Under the pieces are notes generated by a model, which was not told the DNA's origin, ran no database searches, and saw only the letters and a program-made list of their open reading frames with translations. Position numbers and translations under genes: made by a program. Of a DNA stretch of 64,000 nucleotides, positions 26,479 to 35,888 are shown one piece after another. The stretch's first letter is position 1, and every line of letters starts with the position of its first letter. The stretch comes from Candidatus Woesearchaeota archaeon (GTDB lineage Archaea > Nanobdellota > Nanobdellia > Woesearchaeales > DSVV01): positions 9,038 through 73,037 of the forward strand of contig JAWABL010000003.1 in assembly GCA_038884615.1 (NCBI GenBank), given 5' to 3'.

Positions 26479-28275
26479 ATGGATTTTAAGAAAATAGGAC
26501 TTAAGTGTGGAATTGAAATTCACCAGCAGCTTGCCGGCAAGAAGTTGTTTTGCAACTGCCCTACAAAAATAATGGACACTGCGCCTGACCAAGTGGTAAG
26601 ACGACGGCTTAAAGCGGTCACAGGCGAGACAGGAAGGGTTGACGAAGCAGCCGCTCATGAAGAATCGAAGGAAAAAGAATTCATATATCATTTTTATTCT
26701 GACTGCAACTGCCTTGTGGAACTTGATGAGGAGCCTCCACAGCCAATGAACAAAGAGGCTCTTGAAACTGCGCTTTTAATAGCAAAGATGCTGAACGCAG
26801 AACCTGTTGATGAGATTCAAGTCATGCGCAAAACAGTAATTGACGGTTCAAACACGACCGGTTTTCAACGCACCGCGCTTGTTGCAAGGAACGGGTTCAT
26901 AGAAATCTCTGAAGGAAGGATAAGGATACCGACAATATGCATTGAGGAGGAAGCTGCAAAGATAGTGGAAAGAGAGGGGGAATGTGATGTTTATAATCTT
27001 TCAAGGCTAGGAATTCCTCTTATAGAGATTGGGACTAATGCGGACATAAGGTCGCCTGATGGCGCGCGTGAGGCCGCCGAGAAGATTGGTATGATTTTAA
27101 GATCAACTAACAGAATAATGCGCGGCCTTGGGACTATAAGGCAGGATGTGAACATAAGCATTGCCGGCGGAAACAGAGTTGAGATTAAAGGAGCACAGGA
27201 CCTAAGAATAATTTCAAAGCTTGTCGAGTACGAAGCAATAAGGCAGGAGAACCTCATAAAGATTGCTAACGAGCTGAAAAAAAAACAATTAAATCCAGAC
27301 ATAATAGATGTGACTGCTGTTTTTTCTGAAACAGAGTGCGCGGTTATAAAAAAGTCAGGAAGAGTTCTTGGCATTAAGCTTGAAGGTTTTGCTGGTTTTC
27401 TTGGTAGAGAGATTATGCCTGGCAGAAGGCTTGGAACTGAGTTGTCAGATTACGCGAAGACGGCAGGAGTGGGAGGCATTTTCCATTCAGACGAACTTCC
27501 GAACTATGGAATAAGTAGCGCAGAAGTTGAAAAATTAAGGTCTGTATTAAGGTGCAGGGCAGATGATGCGTTTGTTCTTGTCGCAGACAAAAAAAGAGCT
27601 GAAATGGCGCTTGTTTTTGCGACGAAGAGGGCCAAGCTTTGCTTTGAGGGCGTCCCGAAAGAAGTCAGAAAAGCAAACCCAGATGGAACAACCTCGTTTC
27701 TCAGGCCCATGCCCGGAGAAGCAAGAATGTATCCCGAAACTGATGTTCTCCCAATAACACCGCACAGCAAAATGCTAGTTGTGCCTGAGCTTGTAGAGAA
27801 CAGGGCGACAAGATACGTAGCAGAATATAATTTAAGCAGGGACATGGCGATTATCATTGCAAAATCGGAAAGATTTGAGATGTTCGAGCTTTTCGCAGCC
27901 GAGTTCACTAAACTTAAGCCGGCTTATATCGCAGAGCTGTTGTTCTCCCTGCCGCAGAACATAAAAAGAAAGCAAAAAATTGATGTAAAACTAACACAGG
28001 ACCAGTATGAAAATCTTCTTAATCTAATAAACAAAGGGATGCTTGCGAAAGAAAGCGTTGTAGACGCAATGATTGAAATTTCGCAGGGAAGATTTAACCT
28101 AGAAAAATATATGCAGATACAGGATGAAAAGCTAAAAGAGGGCCTTAAGGAAATAGTAGAGAGACACAAAGGAGCCAGTTTTTCTGCGATTATGGGCGAA
28201 GCAATGAAAGTATACAGGGGAAAGGTTGATGGAAAGAGGATAAGCGAGATTCTAAGGGAGATTTACGATTTCTAA
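26479..28275 (+). CDS. gatE: Glutamyl-tRNA(Gln) amidotransferase subunit E
   Basis: GLKCGIEIHQQL, KLFCNCP, CLVELDEEPP, MRKTVIDGSNTTGFQRT, RGLGTIRQDVN, RPMPGEARMYPETD. Confidence 0.97.
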   Translation: MDFKKIGLKCGIEIHQQLAGKKLFCNCPTKIMDTAPDQVVRRRLKAVTGETGRVDEAAAHEESKEKEFIYHFYSDCNCLVELDEEPPQPMNKEALETALLIAKMLNAEPVDEIQVMRKTVIDGSNTTGFQRTALVARNGFIEISEGRIRIPTICIEEEAAKIVEREGECDVYNLSRLGIPLIEIGTNADIRSPDGAREAAEKIGMILRSTNRIMRGLGTIRQDVNISIAGGNRVEIKGAQDLRIISKLVEYEAIRQENLIKIANELKKKQLNPDIIDVTAVFSETECAVIKKSGRVLGIKLEGFAGFLGREIMPGRRLGTELSDYAKTAGVGGIFHSDELPNYGISSAEVEKLRSVLRCRADDAFVLVADKKRAEMALVFATKRAKLCFEGVPKEVRKANPDGTTSFLRPMPGEARMYPETDVLPITPHSKMLVVPELVENRATRYVAEYNLSRDMAIIIAKSERFEMFELFAAEFTKLKPAYIAELLFSLPQNIKRKQKIDVKLTQDQYENLLNLINKGMLAKESVVDAMIEISQGRFNLEKYMQIQDEKLKEGLKEIVERHKGASFSAIMGEAMKVYRGKVDGKRISEILREIYDF

Positions 28276-28356
28276 CTATAAGCGAAATTACAGGAGAAAA
28301 CACTTCTGCATCTTTAAATAACTCTTTAATATAAAATATACTTTTTGAATATAAAA

Positions 28357-28934
28357 GTGACCTCCTTCCCGCATTAAAGTGCGGGGCTTCCGGTGAAGTG
28401 GCTTAGGAGCTTTTGGTGTACATCCATTTGCTTCCGGATGTAGTTGTCAACGGTTTCTACAGTGTTATACCCCACACTGCTCACGAACGCACAGGGACTG
28501 AAGAAAGGTCCTCGATGATAACGTAACCGAAACTTTGGCTGCCGTCTGAACAGCTGATAGCTCAAGTTTCCTTTCAGCAACTGCAACACCTTTCTGACTC
28601 ATACTCGGTGAGCTTCAACACTCATGTGTATGTGCTCTGGCATCACGAATAGCTCCCTTATTGTGATGTGATACCTGTCTGCTGTCTCTCTCAAAATTTC
28701 CTCGCAAAGATTTTTATACTTGTCCTGCTCAAACATCTTGTACAAGTACTTTGTGCGCATATTGTTTCAGTTCCATCTTGCTCGCCTTGGGCGAGCAAAA
28801 GCTCACGCTAACTTGAATTGGATGGTGCGTGGCGCGAAAATCCGCTCGCCACGCTTTTTTATTTTTGTACTAGAAAAAGCTTTTGAGCCATTCATCTCAC
28901 GCACTAAAGTGCGGAGATTTCTGGTTCATATTTG
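28357..28934 (-). mobile_element. Decayed IS200/IS605-family element (tnpA only)
   Basis: Related subterminal hairpins CTCCGCAC-TTTA-GTGCGTGAG (left end) and CCCGCAC-TTTA-ATGCGGG (right end). The right end finishes in TCAC. A tnpA remnant lies between them. Confidence 0.85.
28374..28776 (-). pseudogene. tnpA: Y1/HUH transposase TnpA pseudogene
   Basis: MELKQYAH, then a frameshifting deletion, then TKYLYKMF...MPEHIHMSV (HUH motif), an in-frame TGA at 28599-28601, then LQLLKG...SVG...VDNYIRKQ (catalytic Tyr). Confidence 0.88.
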
Positions 28935-29031
28935 TTAATATAAAATAGATATAAAATAAAAATATTTATATAAACAAAATAAAGGATGTAAATGTAAAAA
29001 AGAGTATAATTGAAAAATAGATAATCAAAAA

Positions 29032-30303
29032 ATGCATAAAAATGGACAGGTAACTATATTTATTATTATAGGAATTATTATTTTAAGTTTGCTTGCACTC
29101 ATTCTAACTGAGATTAGACCTGGTGTAGAGAAAGAAGAGATTATATCAAGCAATTTGCAGTTTATAGAGAGAGTGAAAACCCACATAGGAGAGTGTTCTC
29201 AGAAAACTCTTGAGCATGCTGTATATTTCACAGGAATGCAGGGAGGATATACACATCCGCCAAATGAGCCAACACCAATGGAGTTTGATGGATACATAGT
29301 TCCATTTTATCTGTTCAACAATGAAACATACATCCCAGATAATGAATTATTAGAGAAAGAGATGGAGTCATATGTAATTGAGCATATAGATGAATGTGTG
29401 AAAGGACAACACACTTTAAATTACTCAGGGTACAAATACAAAACAGGAGCAGTAAAAGCAGAGATAGTTATAACTCAAAACAAAATAAAGATGAGAATGG
29501 AGTATCCGATGGAGTTTTTTACCAACAAAACAAGCTTCAAAATAAGCGACAGTTACTTTTCAGAATTAAGATTTGATTATGCCAAAAAAATAAATCTATT
29601 CCAAGAGATTGTTGAACAGTTAAAAAAAGAGCAGAAAACAATTCCGCTTGGGATACTGGGTGATTTATCAGAAAAAGAAAATTTCAAGTTTGGCATAGTG
29701 GATATAGGGCTTGGAAATAATATCATATACTTTGTATTCAATGAGTCTATAAGCCCAGGAAAACCGTACCTGCATATATTTGCATTTACAAGAGAAGCAA
29801 TTTATGAGAATTTAGCACCCCATGTATTTGTTGAGAAAAAAGCGGTTGTTGGTTACCCCTTTCATATGCAAATCAACATAAGTCCGCCATTTTCTGACAC
29901 TACAGACCTTTTTGAGATAAATACAACAACAGGAGAGATTGATTTTACCCCTAAGGAGGAAGATGTAGGCGAACATTTTGTATATCTGGAAGGGAGAAAT
30001 AAAGAGAGCATTACTCTTAAATTGAGCATATTGCCTGCGAAAAGTGAGCTGGCAATAAAGGATATTGGAACAAAAGAATGCAGTGTAGGTGCCGAATGTA
30101 TGATTAACATTTCAGTAGAAAGCAACGAAACGCATAAAGTATTTTTCATTGTTAACAGCACTCTTGATATGGGTGACACAACTAATGGCATAATCAGCTT
30201 TGTTCCTGATAAGTCTCAAAAAGGCATACATCGTGTAAGGGTCGATGCGTACAGTAGTGCAGGGTCGCACGATTTTGAATTTTTCAATATAATAATAGAG
30301 TAG
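29032..30303 (+). CDS. Surface protein with a class III (pilin-like) signal peptide and C-terminal cadherin/Ig-like repeats
   Basis: KNG|QVTIFIIIGIII; GMQGGY; two repeats LFEINTTTGEIDFTP...DVGEH and TTNGIISFVP...QKGIH. Confidence 0.75.
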   Translation: MHKNGQVTIFIIIGIIILSLLALILTEIRPGVEKEEIISSNLQFIERVKTHIGECSQKTLEHAVYFTGMQGGYTHPPNEPTPMEFDGYIVPFYLFNNETYIPDNELLEKEMESYVIEHIDECVKGQHTLNYSGYKYKTGAVKAEIVITQNKIKMRMEYPMEFFTNKTSFKISDSYFSELRFDYAKKINLFQEIVEQLKKEQKTIPLGILGDLSEKENFKFGIVDIGLGNNIIYFVFNESISPGKPYLHIFAFTREAIYENLAPHVFVEKKAVVGYPFHMQINISPPFSDTTDLFEINTTTGEIDFTPKEEDVGEHFVYLEGRNKESITLKLSILPAKSELAIKDIGTKECSVGAECMINISVESNETHKVFFIVNSTLDMGDTTNGIISFVPDKSQKGIHRVRVDAYSSAGSHDFEFFNIIIE

Positions 30304-30382
30304 TGGTATAATAAGAAGGAATAATGAGCAGAAAAAGTAAGCATGACAACAAAAAAGTGATAATCCTAACAAAAGAAGCACA

Positions 30383-33300
30383 ATGAAAATGAAAAAAAAG
30401 AAACTAAACATTATAGCTTGGTCTTTGCTGTTTATAATAACCTTGCTAATAACAAACGCACAGGAAAGTAATTTAGAAGAGAATACAAAAGCGGAGTATA
30501 ATGGGCTTATCTTTGGTACTGCACAGCAAGAGATAGTTACAAACCCAAGTGGAGATATTGTGTTAAGCGGAGGAGTACAAGTGGAGGTCTTGCCTACTTT
30601 CTCAGGAACTTTAATTGGTGGCTTTGGCGGCTGCATAATAAAAGCCGAAGGCACTACACTGATTCTTATAGAAAGATCAGTTGTGAAGATTAAAAATGGA
30701 AAAATAACCGAGATAATAAACGCGGATGTGAATGAGGAAGCGGTTTTAGCAGGCCACAAAGTTATTGGCAAAAGTATAAGTTTGATTTCGGATACGATTA
30801 GGTGTGGAGTGTCATGCACAATCGACGGTGTTCATATTAAAAATTTAAATCCAGAACAGCCACTCAAAATCTCTTTTTCTGAACAAGGTTTCTTGCTTGA
30901 ACCTGCATCCGTCAGCACAACTGCTGAAATTAATGGAGCGCGCATAAGACTCCATTATGGAAGTAGTATTAGCATAAATGATGGAAAGATTGCAGGATTC
31001 AAACTTGTCGACATACTTGACTCCGTGAACATTAATGGTTTTGATATCAAAGGGAATAAGCTAAGCTACAGCAAAGGTGAAATAAGTTTTTATAGGATTT
31101 CTATAAATCGCCTTAATTTTCAGTCTGGGTACTCCATTGAAGAAAATGTTAAAAATGTAATAACCTTATATGGCAATGGAGAGTTTGCTATCAAGAACGC
31201 AAACATGATTTATCAAACAAACAGAGAAGGAGAGGTTATAAGGCTTTATGAAGCAGGAGATTATCTTTTCTCAGGAGATAGTGAGGTAGAGTTTACCGCA
31301 CAAAACGCTAATTTTAGTGTTTATAATATAGCTGATAGCGTTATAAGGGTTACTGGAGTAACAGAATCAACAAAATTTTTTATTGGCGAATCACCCGAAA
31401 AAAATAGCTGCGGACAAGAAAAAAACTGCGTTGAGTTTACAAGCGCCCAAACATTATATTCCTCGCTTGAAAAGAAGAATAAAATAGAAATAAGTGGATA
31501 CTCAGACAGTTTCCCATTTAGGCTCGTAGACTCGCGAATCTCTGAAGATGCAGAGTTTTCTGTTGGTTCACAGAAGTTTTTATTTACGCAGAGAAATATG
31601 CAAGAGAGCATATCGGATACCGTGCTTCCAAAAGATTTAAATGCAATTATAATAAGGGATGAAAATGGCGGAAGGGTTATTGACTCTACAAGCTATACTG
31701 GCGTTTATGAAGAAATGAATGGAGAGAAGATTGCTTCATTCTCTGCCGAAGTAATGTCAAAAGTTTTAAGGGAACATGAAGAGAGACTGGGATTTTCTAT
31801 AGATAAGTTTCTAGTTGCTCAAGAGAACATAGATTCATTGCAGAAACAGGGCGTAGAAAAAGAGATAATAGATTTCGTACTTGAGTTATATAGGAATCCG
31901 GTATATCTGCTCAGCAAAGATGATATCTCATTCTTGGGGACTTACCTTAACAGGATAAATAAGGAGCACTCTTTTGCGTATGATGTTGTTAGGGAGTATA
32001 TTTTGAGAGAGAGAGAGTACAACGCCAATATCATTGATGAGCTTATCAACCTATACAAGGAAATGCCTAATAGCAGATTCTCAAGGGAGTTAATAACACA
32101 AATGAAACCAAGAGAGTTTTTAAGCCTTGATGCATTAAAGGACCTTGTTGATTTTTCAAAGGAAGAAGATGTCACAAAAATAAGTGACCTCTATTTTGAA
32201 ACAGGAGGAATTCGTGCAATGTCAGACCTTGCTTACCTGGCTAAAACTCATGAGGTAGGTGTCCATAGCTCGGATGACTTTTTTCATTTTATATATACAA
32301 TAATTGACTCCGGCTATGACAAACCGCCTGATTTAGCTTACCCTCCTGAAAAAATGAGGGATATGTACAGATTTTATCTGTACACAGCAAAAGACATGGA
32401 GAGGCTCGCTGTAAGAAAAGAGGGAGATCTTGCACCTGTTACCACATTTTTAGCACTTGAGTTATACATGAAACCGCTGGAAAAAGGGGATGAAAACACC
32501 CTCAATGCATTAAATGAGTTCAGCAACGGACAAGTAGAGTTTGATAGCATGTTATTTAAAAGTAAACCATCCTTTAAAGTGCTTCCTACAGGCCTTCTTG
32601 AGTATAAAGGAGAACCAATTGAGTATAAGAATTTAGACCCCTTAAAGAGGGTGGTTAGTTATATGGACTCTGTTGCTCTTGATGAATCAGTGTCTATTGA
32701 AGAGAGGGAAACACTGTCAGACTATCTTATGTATAAGTCACAGTCACTCTATTTGTATTTGAACGGCTTGCATAACAATAAAAATTTGCGAGAGGAGTTT
32801 GTTAAAAAAATCCCACCTGAATTGTTATTTTACATGATTGCATCATCAGAAAACAATTTTGGAACAATAAGTTATCCAAGCGGACCGCCACAGGTGTATC
32901 CAAGCAGTGAAGAGGTTGTATTGAATTACTATAAAAGCAAAGTAAATCCTCTTCAAGATGCTCTAAAGTATGAAGGACTTCCTGCCTATTCTAATTTTGT
33001 ATACACTCTATCTGACAGAAAACAGATAGACGGATTACTGATAGAAGCGTCACCAGAGGTACAAAGGCATTACACAGAATTTCTTCTTGAAGAGGTTACT
33101 AATCCTAAAGAGAGCGAAGAAGATTATTACAGCAGGACAAAAGTCGCGACTTTAACAATCGGAAGGATTCTGAAGAATGATAAGCAGGAAACCGCAGAGA
33201 CAAGAGAGATGCTTAAAGATGAGATTATCAGTGCGTTAACATCTGATGATTCAAACCTATATTTGCAGTATCTCGTTTTAGACAATAAGAATATTTTTTC

Positions 33301-34084
33301 AGAAGAGGAACTTGATTTATTAGGCTACGACAAAGAGAAGGAAGATTTTCCTAGCTTTGCTCAAAATGTAAAGGATGCTTTTGCATCCAAAAATATTGAT
33401 ATCAAGAGGCTAATTCGAAAGGAAAATGATGGGAGCTATATTTTGCCTTCTGCTATATTCTTCGGCTCACTTCATGAAAAGCAGGAGCAGTACCATTATG
33501 ATAACCTAATTAAAACACTGAAAGAAGATGGCTTTAAGGAGGTGTATCTTAAAGATGTAGAGGAATATTCAGGAAAAAAAATTTCATATGTGCAATTTGA
33601 AAAGATAGTGCCTGTTACATATGAAGATTCTGACGGGGGTCATATTTTAAATGTTAAGATTAAAGTTAATCTGTATCCTAGGATAGCAAGTGAATCGGAC
33701 GAAGTCCCAACAATTGTTTCAACCCGCGGACATGTAGGGACTTCAGCGGCCACATTAGAAAGTTTTCAAGATAAGACGGCACCCGAATTAGTCATCTTTG
33801 GAGGATGCTATGAGTACAGAGACGCTTTTAAGTTTTTCAGCGAATATTCTAATATGCAAATGGCATACGCAACAACTGGAACAGGTAGAGGAGAGATAAA
33901 TAACTACATATTAACAGGTGTCTTTGAAGCTATACAAAAAGGCATTACAGATAGGGAGAAAATGGCGCAGTTTATTGATTCATATGTTCAGACAAAAATA
34001 AAAATGCGCAGTGATCTTAGATTGGCTTTTGAAAGCTACTCACAAGTACCGCAACTGGCAAAAATAAGATATAGTGAAGAATAG
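30383..34084 (+). CDS. Giant secreted protein (1233 aa) with a putative C-terminal caspase-like His/Cys peptidase domain
   Basis: Signal peptide; beta-rich N-terminal half; helical middle; C-terminal IVSTRGHVG...LVIFGGCY. The ORF is certain; the function is inferred. Confidence 0.6.
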   Translation: MKMKKKKLNIIAWSLLFIITLLITNAQESNLEENTKAEYNGLIFGTAQQEIVTNPSGDIVLSGGVQVEVLPTFSGTLIGGFGGCIIKAEGTTLILIERSVVKIKNGKITEIINADVNEEAVLAGHKVIGKSISLISDTIRCGVSCTIDGVHIKNLNPEQPLKISFSEQGFLLEPASVSTTAEINGARIRLHYGSSISINDGKIAGFKLVDILDSVNINGFDIKGNKLSYSKGEISFYRISINRLNFQSGYSIEENVKNVITLYGNGEFAIKNANMIYQTNREGEVIRLYEAGDYLFSGDSEVEFTAQNANFSVYNIADSVIRVTGVTESTKFFIGESPEKNSCGQEKNCVEFTSAQTLYSSLEKKNKIEISGYSDSFPFRLVDSRISEDAEFSVGSQKFLFTQRNMQESISDTVLPKDLNAIIIRDENGGRVIDSTSYTGVYEEMNGEKIASFSAEVMSKVLREHEERLGFSIDKFLVAQENIDSLQKQGVEKEIIDFVLELYRNPVYLLSKDDISFLGTYLNRINKEHSFAYDVVREYILREREYNANIIDELINLYKEMPNSRFSRELITQMKPREFLSLDALKDLVDFSKEEDVTKISDLYFETGGIRAMSDLAYLAKTHEVGVHSSDDFFHFIYTIIDSGYDKPPDLAYPPEKMRDMYRFYLYTAKDMERLAVRKEGDLAPVTTFLALELYMKPLEKGDENTLNALNEFSNGQVEFDSMLFKSKPSFKVLPTGLLEYKGEPIEYKNLDPLKRVVSYMDSVALDESVSIEERETLSDYLMYKSQSLYLYLNGLHNNKNLREEFVKKIPPELLFYMIASSENNFGTISYPSGPPQVYPSSEEVVLNYYKSKVNPLQDALKYEGLPAYSNFVYTLSDRKQIDGLLIEASPEVQRHYTEFLLEEVTNPKESEEDYYSRTKVATLTIGRILKNDKQETAETREMLKDEIISALTSDDSNLYLQYLVLDNKNIFSEEELDLLGYDKEKEDFPSFAQNVKDAFASKNIDIKRLIRKENDGSYILPSAIFFGSLHEKQEQYHYDNLIKTLKEDGFKEVYLKDVEEYSGKKISYVQFEKIVPVTYEDSDGGHILNVKIKVNLYPRIASESDEVPTIVSTRGHVGTSAATLESFQDKTAPELVIFGGCYEYRDAFKFFSEYSNMQMAYATTGTGRGEINNYILTGVFEAIQKGITDREKMAQFIDSYVQTKIKMRSDLRLAFESYSQVPQLAKIRYSEE

Positions 34085-34251
34085 GATGAACAAGTTTTCT
34101 TTTGTATTTTACTATCTTTGTATTTTCTGTATATTATTAAGTATGTATAAATACTCAATAGGTGTATATAACAAAGTAGTAGATAACAAATTAAGAAAGG
34201 ATATAATAAAAAATATAATAAATGTTTATAGTAAGTGTTTATAAAAAGAAT

Positions 34252-35178
34252 TTATTTTCTTATCATATCGTCTGACAAAAATACTGAAAGCCAGTTTCTA
34301 TCTACACTGTTTGCCTTAAATTCTTCCCTTAGTCCTGTTCCATACCTAACTACAGTAACGGTTGTGCCCACATCAACTAAAGAAAACAAATCATCTATAT
34401 CCTCGTTTGAAAGTGCAAAACATCCGTGTGTCCAGTTGCTTCCGCCATAATTTCCGGGTTTGCCGCTTCCCCCTCCGTGAATTTCAATTTGCCCTCCAAT
34501 AGAAGTATTTTTTGCGATGACTCCTCTTTTTCTTAAATCGGCAAACCGTTCAAGGTTGGATTTATTTGGATAGTTAATAAGGAGTGCTTTATAAAAAACA
34601 GTTTGGCCCTTATCTTTCTTAGCTAAAATTGAGTATTTTCCTTCTGGAGACCTATAATCGCCTTCCTGTTGCTTATCAAATATTGGGTCATAGCCAAGTT
34701 CCAAAGGATACTGCCTTATTACCTGCCCATCCTTTAAAAGAGAGAGTGTATATTCCGACTTATCAATGATTATTGCACTTTGCTTAGTTCTTAATGAATA
34801 CCCCATTGCTTCATTAATCCATGACAAGTATTTCGTCAAATCTGAGTTATTAAATTCATATATGATGGCCATGTTCCTAGCATAACTTCTCCATTCATTA
34901 TCAATTATTCTTTTTTTTAAATCCTCAAACAACTCTCCAGACAGGTTTACCTTGTCTGAAAGTTCTTTTTCCGTTATATTTTTTAAAGTAGATTGTGGCT
35001 TACCACCAGAATTTGGAAAAAAGGTATTTGACTCTTTTAAATCAGGTTTATTAGTGCCAATAAAGTTAATACTATATTTATTAAGTGTAGACATACCTAA
35101 ATAAAGTAGTCCGGCAATGCAGCCAGCACTTATTGCAGCCCCTAAACCATTAGTGATATAATCTTTCATATTTTTCAT
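34252..35178 (-). CDS. L,D-transpeptidase (YkuD-fold) family protein, membrane-anchored
   Basis: IIIDKSEYTL, KQQEGDYRSPEGKY, LLINYPN, and IEIHGG...NWTHGCFAL (catalytic His/Cys); N-terminal TM helix. Confidence 0.9.
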   Translation of the reverse strand: MKNMKDYITNGLGAAISAGCIAGLLYLGMSTLNKYSINFIGTNKPDLKESNTFFPNSGGKPQSTLKNITEKELSDKVNLSGELFEDLKKRIIDNEWRSYARNMAIIYEFNNSDLTKYLSWINEAMGYSLRTKQSAIIIDKSEYTLSLLKDGQVIRQYPLELGYDPIFDKQQEGDYRSPEGKYSILAKKDKGQTVFYKALLINYPNKSNLERFADLRKRGVIAKNTSIGGQIEIHGGGSGKPGNYGGSNWTHGCFALSNEDIDDLFSLVDVGTTVTVVRYGTGLREEFKANSVDRNWLSVFLSDDMIRK

Positions 35179-35562
35179 ATTATAACTAATAAATACACTA
35201 CTTATTTATAAATTTTTTGTTACTTTAAGGTGGTAATTTATATAGAAAGAGAGAATTAAAAAGGGATTGACAGGTATTTTTAAGTGGCGTTGCGTATGAA
35301 TTAGAAAAGTTATTTTTATTGATGTAATTTTTGAACGATGTAAGTGCAGTGTGACACAATGATACGGTATAATTCAGGTATTAAAAGGTCCAATATAAAA
35401 ATAAGAAAGCTAACAAAACTTTTATAAACACTTCAGAAATCCAACAAATGCCTTTAAAATTAAGAATATGATGATACAATGGGAGCCTGTTGTATATCAT
35501 TTTATATCACTTTGTTATTATAAGTTAATATCATAAGTCAATGGTTTTAAGTGGTGATTAGG

Positions 35563-35877
35563 ATGGACAAGAAGATAAAAGAGATTCTCAAAAGCGAGGA
35601 CGATGCTGAAAAGATTCTTGAAAAAGCCAAATATGAAGCTGAGAAGATAATTGCGTCTGCAAAAAAGGAAGCATTGACTAAAGCAGAAGAGAGAGAAAGA
35701 AAGCTTGTTTCGCAGAGGGATGCAGAGATTAAAAAAGCCAAGGAAGAGGCAAAAAAAGAGAGGGATACAATCATAATAAAGACAAAAGAAGAGATAAAGG
35801 CTATTGAAAAAAGAAGCCTTGCAAACCAAAAGAAGGCCGCAGACTATCTTATTCAGAGTATTATAAAAGAAAAATAA
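35563..35877 (+). CDS. atpH: A/V-type ATP synthase subunit H (peripheral stalk)
   Basis: K/E/A-rich coiled coil; first gene of the operon. Confidence 0.85.
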   Translation: MDKKIKEILKSEDDAEKILEKAKYEAEKIIASAKKEALTKAEERERKLVSQRDAEIKKAKEEAKKERDTIIIKTKEEIKAIEKRSLANQKKAADYLIQSIIKEK

Positions 35878-35888
35878 AAACAAGGAAA

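Noticed and set aside
20169..28601. In-frame stops as evidence for an alternative genetic code
   Set aside because: They occur only in two genes that also carry indels. Conserved genes end normally at TAA, TAG and TGA.
35328..35340. TTTTTGAACGATG resembling a MITE end
   Set aside because: No partner TIR, internal sequence or TSD.
35468..35500. ATGATGA box C-like motif with a weak hairpin upstream of the atp operon
   Set aside because: No CTGA box D at a suitable distance.
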